Shown here piece by piece: positions 18,663 through 27,168 of a stretch of 64,000 nt of DNA; position 1 is the first letter of the stretch; every line of letters starts with the position of its first letter. The position numbers and the translations under genes were made by a program. Under the pieces are notes generated by a model. It had not been told where the DNA came from and searched no databases. It saw only the letters and a list, made by a program, of their open reading frames with translations. Source of the stretch: Clostridia bacterium (lineage in GTDB: Bacteria; Bacillota; Clostridia; Oscillospirales; CAG-272); assembly GCA_017453205.1 (NCBI GenBank), contig JAFTKO010000012.1:70530-134529 (forward strand), read 5' to 3'.

Positions 18663-19442
18663 TTATTTTCCCTTCTGATTTTTCTTCCAAATGATATTCA
18701 GACCTTTGAGAAGCAGCGTTTCATCGAGTGTGACGTTGTGGTTGCAGTAGGGGCAGATGAGACCGCTCATGCCGCCTGTGGCAACAATGCTGGCGGGCTT
18801 ACGTCCCAGCGCGTCGGCAAAACGATCTAACAGACCGTCAATCGAGGCGGCTGTACCGTATACGATGCCTGCCTTCATGCTGTCCACTGTGTTGGACGCA
18901 ATGACGTTGCGGGGCGGTAAAATTTCAATGCGGGGCAAGAGCGCGGTTTCTTCGGCAAGTGCATTGAGCGAGATCCCCACGCCGGGGAGGATCGCGCCGC
19001 CAATGTATTTGCCGCCCGCGTCGACAACGGTCAGCGTGGTTGCGGTTCCCATGTCAATGATCACACAGGGCAGGGGATATTCCTCCTTTGCAGCTACTGC
19101 AGCGGCAACAAGATCAGAGGCGACCGTGCCGGGATCGTTGATGCAGATATGGAGTCCTGTTTTCACACCCGCTCCCACAATCAATGCATCCTTGCCTGTT
19201 ATCATACGCACGGCACGCACCAATACGTCGGTCATGGGCGGGACGACACAGGAAATGACCGCGCCCTCAAAAGCCTCGCAGTCGATTTTTTTAAGCTCAA
19301 ATATTTGTTTCATTTTTACCGCATAGCCGACATCGGTCTCCCTGCGGTCGGTCGGGATCCGAAAGATCGGCGCCGCCGTGTTGTTTTCATCAACACAGCC
19401 AAAGGTAATATGTGTGTTTCCGCAATCAATAGCGAGGATCAT
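18663..19442 (-). CDS. coaX: type III pantothenate kinase
   Basis: MILAIDCGNTHITFGC and IIDMGTATT are CoaX signatures. Confidence 0.9.
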   Translation of the reverse strand: MILAIDCGNTHITFGCVDENNTAAPIFRIPTDRRETDVGYAVKMKQIFELKKIDCEAFEGAVISCVVPPMTDVLVRAVRMITGKDALIVGAGVKTGLHICINDPGTVASDLVAAAVAAKEEYPLPCVIIDMGTATTLTVVDAGGKYIGGAILPGVGISLNALAEETALLPRIEILPPRNVIASNTVDSMKAGIVYGTAASIDGLLDRFADALGRKPASIVATGGMSGLICPYCNHNVTLDETLLLKGLNIIWKKNQKGK

Positions 19443-19464
19443 AATAAACTCCTTTTATCAAAAA

Positions 19465-19492
19465 GCTGTCTCGGGCAGATACTCGAGACAGC
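19465..19492 (-). terminator. hairpin between the ECF S-component gene and coaX, with T-runs on both strands
   Basis: GCTGTCTCG-ggcagatact-CGAGACAGC flanked by AAAA and TTTTTT. Confidence 0.5.
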
Positions 19493-19503
19493 GGTTTTTT
19501 ATG

Positions 19504-20106
19504 TTAAAATCTTTTTTTGACGATGTCGATCACGCGCAAAACGACGGGGATCAACAGGACGTTGACGGCAAATTCCACCACAAAGTTGAGTCCGATCATA
19601 AAGAACATAATGAACGTAAACGCGTTTGCGTAGCCTTGATCCAACGCCCAAGAGTTGACGAGTGTACCGTAAAAAAATGCTAACCCGAGGACAAAAATGC
19701 CTGTGTTGACAATGGGGCAAGAGACCGCCGAAAGGATCGTACCGAGAAATTTCTTACCTGTTTTGGCAAACGGCTTGTAGATCAGTCCCGCGACAAATCC
19801 CGCTACCGTTCCTTTGAGGATACAGATGAGAATCGTGACAAAGGGGAGGTACTCAAACATTAGAGTGCTGTAAATTCCCGCAGCGCCCGTAACGACTTGA
19901 ATGCCCACGACCACGCCGAATACCGCACCCAAGAAAGCGCCGCCCGAGGGACCGAACAGGATTGCCCCAAGCATAATGGGAACAAGCGTGAGTGTGATGG
20001 TAAACATACCGAGCGGGATGGACACAAAGGTCTGCAAGACGATGACGAGCGCCGCGAGGATTGCGAGCCCGACGAGACGTTGGACGTTGGTTTTGTTGGT
20101 TTTCAT
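19504..20106 (-). CDS. ECF-transporter substrate-specific (S) component; possibly pantothenate-specific given the coaX neighbour
   Basis: ATG 20106 (AAGGAG SD). About 6 TM segments: MKTNKTNVQRLVGLAILAALVIVLQTFVSIPLG. Promoter TTGACA-17-TATAAT upstream on the reverse strand. Substrate assignment is inference only. Confidence 0.68.
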   Translation of the reverse strand: MKTNKTNVQRLVGLAILAALVIVLQTFVSIPLGMFTITLTLVPIMLGAILFGPSGGAFLGAVFGVVVGIQVVTGAAGIYSTLMFEYLPFVTILICILKGTVAGFVAGLIYKPFAKTGKKFLGTILSAVSCPIVNTGIFVLGLAFFYGTLVNSWALDQGYANAFTFIMFFMIGLNFVVEFAVNVLLIPVVLRVIDIVKKRF

Positions 20107-20253
20107 ATTCAATTCTCCTTCTGCTACTGTTTCGGTCAAGCCGAATATAGTGCAGTGTCATTATAGCACTTTTTTCCGTCTTTGTCAAGTTTTTTTGAAA
20201 AAAAGACTACCGTTTGAAAACAACAAGTAACCGCTGTTGCAGTACAAGTTTGC

Positions 20254-20769
20254 TTATTCCACCGTTTTTCTTTTCAGCACCGTTTCGATTTCTCCGATAT
20301 ACATTTTGTGAAAGTCGCCTATTTTGTAATGGGAGAGCAGAGCGGTGTCCAAAAAGTTTTCGGCTTTCAGTACATCGGTGTAAAGCTTACGGCAGATGAG
20401 GACGCGGGCGGCTTCGGAGGGGTAGGGGACGCCGTCCGCAGTATATGAACAGGTCAAGCCCGCGGCGGTAAATTTGTCGCCGTCACGACCGCTGTGTGTT
20501 CCGCAGTAGCGCAATGCTTCCCGATATCCGCCGTCAAAAAACGATAGGGAAAAGCGTTCGCTTTCTTCGATGATGCCGTAAGTAAAGCGTTGCGGACGGA
20601 TCAAACAGACGGCGAAGGGAAGGTTCCAAAGAACCCCGCAACCGCCCCATGAGGCGGTCATGGTGTTCGTGCGTGTACCGTCGGACGCGGAGATAAGCAT
20701 TTGGTCTTTTCCGATACGGTCAAAAATCGGATCAAAATTTTGCGCGGACGTGTGTAAAAAATTGTTCAT
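20254..20769 (-). CDS. flavin reductase-like (FMN-binding split-barrel) protein
   Basis: 171 aa; NTMTASWGGCGVLWNLPFAVCLIRPQRFTY pattern. Confidence 0.72.
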   Translation of the reverse strand: MNNFLHTSAQNFDPIFDRIGKDQMLISASDGTRTNTMTASWGGCGVLWNLPFAVCLIRPQRFTYGIIEESERFSLSFFDGGYREALRYCGTHSGRDGDKFTAAGLTCSYTADGVPYPSEAARVLICRKLYTDVLKAENFLDTALLSHYKIGDFHKMYIGEIETVLKRKTVE

Positions 20770-20890
20770 GGTGAGTTCCTTTCTTGATTTTTGAGGGTTA
20801 CCCTAATCATATGCCAAAGCTTCTGAAAAGATGAGTTGCCGGCAGTGCCGTTATGAATTGATACAGCGCTCCGCAAGGGCAAATCATTGA

Positions 20891-20915
20891 AAAAAGGGGC
20901 GATCGCCCCTTTTTT
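20891..20915 (-). terminator. terminator after the M23 peptidase gene
   Basis: AAAAAGGGGCGATCGCCCCTTTTTT perfect palindrome starting 2 nt after the stop codon. Confidence 0.7.
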
Positions 20916-20916
20916 C

Positions 20917-21654
20917 TTATTTCCCGAGTTCTTCCTCGTAAATGGTATCCTCGGAGAGTGTTTGGATGACTGCGGCGCTGAAATACTCCAACGGATCGAC
21001 CTGCAACCCCTTGACGGTCATTTCCATGTGCAGATGGGGTTCCTCGGCAATTTCATGGAGCGCGGTGTCGCCCACATAGCCCAAAAGTTGACCTTGCTGT
21101 ACCTCGGCACCCACCGTAATGTCGGCGGCAAGCTCGGCAGCGAGATTCTTGTAGACCGAGACACAGTCTCCCGCGTGTGTGAGAGCCACACACCAGCCCA
21201 TCATGGGATCCTCCCAAATCTGAGCAACGGTTCCCGCAGCAATGGCGCAAACACTTGCGTTCTCGGCGGTGGCAATATCAATGCCGTGGTGGACACGCCA
21301 TTCCTTTAAGGTCTGCGAAAAGACCTGTACGTCAACGCTGTGCTCCTTGATTAACTTGCCGGAAACGGGGAGTGCGAGCTCGGGGATCACACCGTCATTG
21401 ACGGTGGGTTGGGAGTCCTCACCGTCGTTGGTGTCGGGGGTGGTGTCGTTGGGCGTTTGGATCGCGTCGGTTACCACATTGTCGGTGGGATCTTCAACGG
21501 TTTGGTTCTTTTTGGCACGGTTGGTTGCCGCGGTGACTGCCAGGACAACTGCCAGCGCCAGCAGAATGACGACTGCCGACAGGTAGATGGCGCGGTTGAC
21601 GCGTACCTGCTTCATCTTTCTGAAGAATTGGGATTCTTTCCATTTTTTCCACAT
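20917..21654 (-). CDS. M23 family metallopeptidase, N-terminal membrane anchor
   Basis: TM segment AIYLSAVVILLALAVVLAV. Catalytic blocks HHGIDIA and HLHMEM. Confidence 0.85.
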   Translation of the reverse strand: MWKKWKESQFFRKMKQVRVNRAIYLSAVVILLALAVVLAVTAATNRAKKNQTVEDPTDNVVTDAIQTPNDTTPDTNDGEDSQPTVNDGVIPELALPVSGKLIKEHSVDVQVFSQTLKEWRVHHGIDIATAENASVCAIAAGTVAQIWEDPMMGWCVALTHAGDCVSVYKNLAAELAADITVGAEVQQGQLLGYVGDTALHEIAEEPHLHMEMTVKGLQVDPLEYFSAAVIQTLSEDTIYEEELGK

Positions 21655-21961
21655 AGTTCATGCTCCTTTGATTTTTCTGATATTGCGGCGGCAAGCGTCG
21701 TGGAAACGATTGCGCGTCTTGCTGTTTCTATTTTTGCCTGTTGCGGCTTCTTTATACAGCAAAAGCAAAAAAATCTTGAAAAAATTCCAATCTTGTGAAT
21801 TTACACATAAAATTCACGCAGATTTCAAAACTGCTTTTGATATTTTTGTCGTTATTCATAACCTATTCATATTTATATGTTAAAATAAACTCTGTATTGT
21901 GACCGGGCGACTTTTTGTCGTGCCGTGCGGAATTTACAGACGGAAAGGAAGTTCTGTTTCT

Positions 21962-23062
21962 ATGATAAAGATTGAACATCTTGTGAAAAATTACGGCTCA
22001 AACTGTGCCGTAGACGACATCAGCTTTGAGGTGGAGAGCGGCGAGATCGTCGGCTTTCTCGGTCCCAACGGCGCGGGAAAGAGTACAACAATGAATATCC
22101 TAACGGGATATTTGTCCTCAACCTCGGGCAAGGCATCGGTTGCGGGGATCGATATCCTGCGGGACCCGATCGGCGCGAAAAAGCAGATCGGATATTTGCC
22201 CGAGCAACCCCCGTTGTATCTTGATATGACGGTGGAGGAGTATCTCAGCTTTAACTTTAACCTCAAGCGTTGCAGGCTTGACCGCGCACAGCACATCGAG
22301 GAGGTTTGCGAAACAGTCAAGATCAAGGATGTGTATCACAAGGTGATCCGCACGCTCTCCAAGGGCTACCGCCAAAGAGTGGGCATTGCGCAAGCGCTGA
22401 TCGGCAAGCCCAAGGTTATTATTTTCGATGAGCCGACTGTCGGCTTGGATCCGAAGCAGATCATCGAGATCCGCAATCTGATCCGCAGTCTCGGAAAGGA
22501 TCACACCGTAATCCTTTCCACCCATATTTTACAGGAGGTCCAAGCGGTTTGCGACCGTATCATCATTATCAACAAGGGTAAGATCGTTGCAAACGAAAGG
22601 ACCGAGAACATCTCCAACATGGTGGAAAACAACCGCCGCTTCAATGTGAAGATTGCAGGACCGCAAAAGGATATTCTTGCTATGCTCAAAGGAATGTCCG
22701 GTATTGCATATGCCGAGGCATTGGCGGAGCGCGACGGCGATGCCTACACCTATATGATCGAAAGCGAGTACGGTGTGGATATTCGCAAAAAGCTGTTCTA
22801 TCAGCTTGCCGAACGCAACTGGCCTCTCGTTGGTATGGAGGCGCTTGGTATGAACCTTGAGGACATCTTTATCACGGTTGTGGACAAGTCCGAGGAATAC
22901 AAAGCCGTTGGAACCAATGTGCGTAACCGTATCAAGCGCCGTCCGCGCGGGCAGGAAAAGAGCGCGCTGGAGCGTGAGGTGGGTGCCTCGCTTTACGAGG
23001 ATGCACAGAGACAGAGAAGTGAGTCCTCGCTTTCCGCCGCGTCGGAAGACGATGACGAGTAA
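21962..23062 (+). CDS. ABC transporter ATP-binding protein (ABC-2/GldA-like) with a charged C-terminal tail
   Basis: Start moved to ATG 21962 (MIKIEHLVKNYG). Walker A GPNGAGKST, signature LSKGYRQR, Walker B IIFDEPTVGLD. Confidence 0.9.
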   Translation: MIKIEHLVKNYGSNCAVDDISFEVESGEIVGFLGPNGAGKSTTMNILTGYLSSTSGKASVAGIDILRDPIGAKKQIGYLPEQPPLYLDMTVEEYLSFNFNLKRCRLDRAQHIEEVCETVKIKDVYHKVIRTLSKGYRQRVGIAQALIGKPKVIIFDEPTVGLDPKQIIEIRNLIRSLGKDHTVILSTHILQEVQAVCDRIIIINKGKIVANERTENISNMVENNRRFNVKIAGPQKDILAMLKGMSGIAYAEALAERDGDAYTYMIESEYGVDIRKKLFYQLAERNWPLVGMEALGMNLEDIFITVVDKSEEYKAVGTNVRNRIKRRPRGQEKSALEREVGASLYEDAQRQRSESSLSAASEDDDE

Positions 23063-23091
23063 TTTACCGTAAGAAAGGAATTGAAACTGCT

Positions 23092-23862
23092 ATGTTTGCC
23101 ATCTATCGTAAGGAGATGCGCTCCTATTTTATCAACCCCATCGGATATGTTTATCTCGGCGTGTTTCTGGTGTTCTCGGCACTGCTGTGTTGCTACACTA
23201 CGCTGATTTCGGGAAGCTATGATACTTCCTCTTACTTCACTTTCCTTATCATGACTTTCATCATTCTTATCCCGATCTTGACGATGCGTCTGTTTGCGGA
23301 AGAAAGAAAGCTGCGCACCGAGCAGTTGCTTCTGACGGCTCCCGTGACCATCACGGGGATGGTGCTGGGCAAGTATTTTGCCGCTCTGACTGTATTTGTC
23401 AGTGGTGTGCTGATCTCCTGCATCAACTTTATTCCGCTTTACATCATCGGTAACGCCGAAAGAGCGGGGACCGAGTCAAATCTGAAGCACATCGGCCCCA
23501 TTACGGGCGAGATCGTGGGCAGTGTGATCGCCGTGATCCTTTTGGGTGCGGCGCTGATCGCGGTGGGAACGCTGATCTCGGCGCTTACCGAGAACCAACT
23601 CTCTGCCGCAGTCATCACCATCGGTGTCATTGCTGCCATGGTGCTCCTCAACGTCTTTAATATGCTGACCGACAGTGACGGACAGTACTTGATCGGTGTC
23701 TATGCCGTTCGTGCGGTCATTGACTGGGTATCGGTGCTCAGCCGTTTCTCGGCATTCAGCAACGGAATTTTTGATTATGCTGCGCTTCTGTATTACGTGT
23801 CGCTGGCATTTGTGTTCCTCTTCCTTACCGTCCGCGTGTACGAAAAGCGCCGTTGGGGTTGA
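23092..23862 (+). CDS. ABC-2 type permease (GldF-like)
   Basis: MFAIYRKEMRSYFINPIGYVYLGVFLVFSALL and 6 TM segments. Confidence 0.82.
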   Translation: MFAIYRKEMRSYFINPIGYVYLGVFLVFSALLCCYTTLISGSYDTSSYFTFLIMTFIILIPILTMRLFAEERKLRTEQLLLTAPVTITGMVLGKYFAALTVFVSGVLISCINFIPLYIIGNAERAGTESNLKHIGPITGEIVGSVIAVILLGAALIAVGTLISALTENQLSAAVITIGVIAAMVLLNVFNMLTDSDGQYLIGVYAVRAVIDWVSVLSRFSAFSNGIFDYAALLYYVSLAFVFLFLTVRVYEKRRWG

Positions 23863-23883
23863 TCTTCGGGAGGAACGAATTTT

Positions 23884-25428
23884 ATGAAAAAGCATTTTAT
23901 CCGAAACCGTAAGGTGCGTTACGGCGGCATTACCGTGATCTTAGCGATTTTGGTCGTCACGGTCACTGTGCTGTCCAACGCAGTCTTTGGCACATTGGCG
24001 GAACGCTATGGGTGGTACACCTCCATGACGGGCACGTACAGCTATGATGTGACCGAGGACTGCTATACGCTCCTTGGCGATATGTTTGCCTCGCTCAGTG
24101 CCGAGGGGCATACACCGAAAGCTGAGATCATCTTTTGCGATACGGAGGAAAATTTGACTGCGGAGAGCACACAGCTCTATCTCTACGAGACAGCGACCTC
24201 CCTTGCGGAACGCTATCCCGAAAACATTACCGTGCAATGCTATGACATTTGGACCAACCCCAACACGGTGCGCAATTATACTACCACGCTCAATCCCTTG
24301 ACGGGCGAGACTGTGGAGACCACCATCAAATCAACCAGTGTCATCATTATTGCCGAGAATTATCACCGCGTTTACAGCTTGGAAGAGTTCTACGTCTTTG
24401 AGGACGGCAATACCGAAAATCTGTGGGCGTACAACGGCGAAAAGAAGCTTGCCGCAGGCATTATGCACGCGGTGGATCCCGAGGAGCATGTTGTTTGCCT
24501 TACCAACAACCACGGTGAGATTTTTTATGATTATGAGCTCCTCTATCTTCTTGACGATGCGGGCTATACCGTTTCGTATATCGACCTGTACCGACAGGAG
24601 ATTCCCGAAAACTGCGATCTGATTATCAGCTACAACCCTAACACCGACCTTGTTGAGGATGAGCTCTCGGATGTTTCCGAGGTAGAGATCTTGGACGCAT
24701 TTTTGTCCAAAGAGGGCAACAGCTTTTGGGTGTTCCTCGAAAACGGTACGCCGGAGCTGCCCAATTTTGAAAAATACCTTGAGGGCTGGGGTGTGGATTT
24801 TGAATATCACACCTCGGGTGAGCGTTCCTACCGTTACATGGTGCAGGATTCCTCGCAATCGCTGACCTCCGATGGTTATACCATTTACGGGGAGGCGGTC
24901 AACGACGGGCATTCCGCAGAGCTGATGAGAGAGCTTGGCGGCAAGGTCGTGTTCAAGAATGCCACCGCAATGACCTCCGCACAAGGCTTTGTCAACAATG
25001 GCGACGGCAGCTTTACCAAGGATAGCCGTACCATGTACAGCCTGTATGAGGGCAGCGCCAACGCTGTCAGCTGGGCAAACGGCTCTCCCGTAGATACCGC
25101 GAATAATGCGATCCTCATGAGCTTGACCGAGCAAAGGAACGCTTCCGGTTCCTCTTATGTCGGTGTGATTGCTTCGGTTGATTTTTCTGCCGAGGACTTT
25201 TTACAGTCTGCCGTTTACGGGAATACCGATGTCCTGTTGCGCTCTTTCCGTAACGTAGGCAAGACCTATACCCCCGAGGGACTGACCATCAAACCCTTTG
25301 CATCTCAAGATATCAGTACCATCACCACACGGCAAATGCTGTTTTGGACCATCGGGCTTTCTGTCGCCCCCGCGCTGATCGTGAGCGCGGTCGCAGTCGT
25401 GATCTTGGTCAGACGCCGCCGCGCGTAA
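23884..25428 (+). CDS. GldG-family ABC auxiliary protein, copy 1
   Basis: GGGAGGA SD. TM anchors at both N- and C-termini around a large extracytoplasmic domain. Blocks are shared with copy 2 (IIFCDTEENL, YDIWTNPNTV, GYTVSYIDLYRQEIPENCDLII, AVYGNTDVLL). Confidence 0.7.
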   Translation: MKKHFIRNRKVRYGGITVILAILVVTVTVLSNAVFGTLAERYGWYTSMTGTYSYDVTEDCYTLLGDMFASLSAEGHTPKAEIIFCDTEENLTAESTQLYLYETATSLAERYPENITVQCYDIWTNPNTVRNYTTTLNPLTGETVETTIKSTSVIIIAENYHRVYSLEEFYVFEDGNTENLWAYNGEKKLAAGIMHAVDPEEHVVCLTNNHGEIFYDYELLYLLDDAGYTVSYIDLYRQEIPENCDLIISYNPNTDLVEDELSDVSEVEILDAFLSKEGNSFWVFLENGTPELPNFEKYLEGWGVDFEYHTSGERSYRYMVQDSSQSLTSDGYTIYGEAVNDGHSAELMRELGGKVVFKNATAMTSAQGFVNNGDGSFTKDSRTMYSLYEGSANAVSWANGSPVDTANNAILMSLTEQRNASGSSYVGVIASVDFSAEDFLQSAVYGNTDVLLRSFRNVGKTYTPEGLTIKPFASQDISTITTRQMLFWTIGLSVAPALIVSAVAVVILVRRRRA

Positions 25429-25449
25429 AGCGAGAAAGGAGTAACTGAA

Positions 25450-27132
25450 ATGAAAACGAACAACGGTTTCAACCGTAAAATTCGGTACGGTTCCGCCTCT
25501 CTCGGGATTGTCGCCGCGGTCATCGGCGTTGTGATTTTGATCAACGCCGTGGCAAGCTTGCTTTGCTCGAACAATCTTTGGTTTACCGACCTTACCACCG
25601 AGCCCATGTACGGGCTTACCGAACAGGGGAATGCCTTGCTCGGTTCGACCATTGACTCGGCAAATGCCACCCGTCCCGAGGACAAACCCGTAAAAGTAGA
25701 CATTATCTTTTGCGCGGATCCCGATATGCTGTACGGCAACGAGATGATGCGATATATTTACTATACCGCATTGCAAATGGAAAAGGCGTATTCCGATACC
25801 ATCCATGTCCAAACCGTTGACGTGTGGGACAATCCCTCGGCGGTCGACGCATACCGTACCAACTCCTACTCTTCCATTTATCAAACCAATGTCATTGTCG
25901 CCAGCGGTACCGAGTTCCGCGTGTATAACTACAAGGCATTTTATACGTACAGCTCGGATACCGACACCGAGCCGTGGGCATACAACGCAGAAAAGACCTT
26001 TATCAAAGGGATCATTGCCGTGACGCGTGCCGAGGCGCCGATCTGCGCCATTACGGTCGGTCACGGAGAGCCCTTTCATTACAACGAAACCACCCAAACG
26101 TGGGAGACCGAGTACACCGAGCTTCTTAAGGTCATTGAGGGCGCCGGTTATGATATTGATTATGTGAATTTGACAGAGCGGGATCTGCCCGAAAACTGCC
26201 GATTGGTTGTCACCTTTGATCCGCAGACCGATTTCGTTTCCGGATTTCTCAGCGGCGGTGTTTCCGAGCTTTCCAAGCTGGAAAAGCATTTGAATAATGC
26301 CTACTCCTATATGGTTTTTGTCGACGCGGACACCCCCAAGCTTACCAACCTTGAGGAGTTCCTTGAGGAATGGGGAATTGCGTTTGAGCGCTATGACAAG
26401 AGCGCAACCTATGAGGTCATTGACGTTGACAGCTCGTTGAACATCGACGGTACGACCATCATCGGTCAGTACGCACAGGATGGACTGGGCGGTAGCTTGA
26501 CAACTGAAATGCGAAAAACAGGCACTCCCAAGGTCGTGTTTGGCAATGCACTGTCCATTACCTACTCTCCCACCTATGAGCAACAATATAAGCTCGCCGA
26601 TGAGGAGGCAGGTACGGGAGCTTACACCTACGGTTATTATTACAACAATAACTGGTCGCGCGATATTTTCGATGTGTTTACCGCAAGCAACACCGCTGTG
26701 GCTTATGCAAAGGAGAACGGTGTACGCGTGACCGAGGAGGACGGCGATCTTTGGAAAGATACGTCGGGAAATTACAAGCTGATGACCATTACACGTCAGA
26801 CGCGTACCGTCAGCGAGGGTAAGGGTTATACCAATGTGTATGACAATACCTATGTTTGTGCCGTCGGTTCCACCGATTTTGCAAGCAACAAGGCGTTGTC
26901 CTCCAATGCTTACGGGAATACCGACATCCTTCTTTCCGCGTTGCGTACCATCGGACGTGAAATCGTTCCCGTGGGCTTTGAGCCGATCTCTCTTTACGAT
27001 GACGAGATGAGCACCGATTATTATACCGAGGGCGGAAATATCGTTACCACGGTGGTGCTGGTCGCGCTCCCCACACTGATCCTGGCGGGCGTGGGTATGG
27101 TCATCTTGATCAAGAGACGGGTACGCAGATAA
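25450..27132 (+). CDS. GldG-family ABC auxiliary protein, copy 2
   Basis: AAAGGAG SD. WFTDLTTEPMYGLTEQG matches the GldG N-terminal RfDLTxxxxYtLS pattern. TM anchors at both ends. Confidence 0.75.
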   Translation: MKTNNGFNRKIRYGSASLGIVAAVIGVVILINAVASLLCSNNLWFTDLTTEPMYGLTEQGNALLGSTIDSANATRPEDKPVKVDIIFCADPDMLYGNEMMRYIYYTALQMEKAYSDTIHVQTVDVWDNPSAVDAYRTNSYSSIYQTNVIVASGTEFRVYNYKAFYTYSSDTDTEPWAYNAEKTFIKGIIAVTRAEAPICAITVGHGEPFHYNETTQTWETEYTELLKVIEGAGYDIDYVNLTERDLPENCRLVVTFDPQTDFVSGFLSGGVSELSKLEKHLNNAYSYMVFVDADTPKLTNLEEFLEEWGIAFERYDKSATYEVIDVDSSLNIDGTTIIGQYAQDGLGGSLTTEMRKTGTPKVVFGNALSITYSPTYEQQYKLADEEAGTGAYTYGYYYNNNWSRDIFDVFTASNTAVAYAKENGVRVTEEDGDLWKDTSGNYKLMTITRQTRTVSEGKGYTNVYDNTYVCAVGSTDFASNKALSSNAYGNTDILLSALRTIGREIVPVGFEPISLYDDEMSTDYYTEGGNIVTTVVLVALPTLILAGVGMVILIKRRVRR

Positions 27133-27168
27133 CATATTCCGTAAGAAAGGGAATTACAGGCAGAACAC

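Noticed and set aside
21795-21817. Inverted repeat GTGAATTT-acacata-AAATTCAC between the M23 peptidase gene and the ABC operon, with Rex/CRP-like TGTGAA...TTCAC half-sites
   Set aside because: The spacing between half-sites does not fit Rex (TTGTGAA-N4-TTCACAA) or CRP/FNR (TGTGA-N6-TCACA). It is a single AT-rich occurrence with no supporting context. It may be an operator, but that cannot be argued from the sequence alone.
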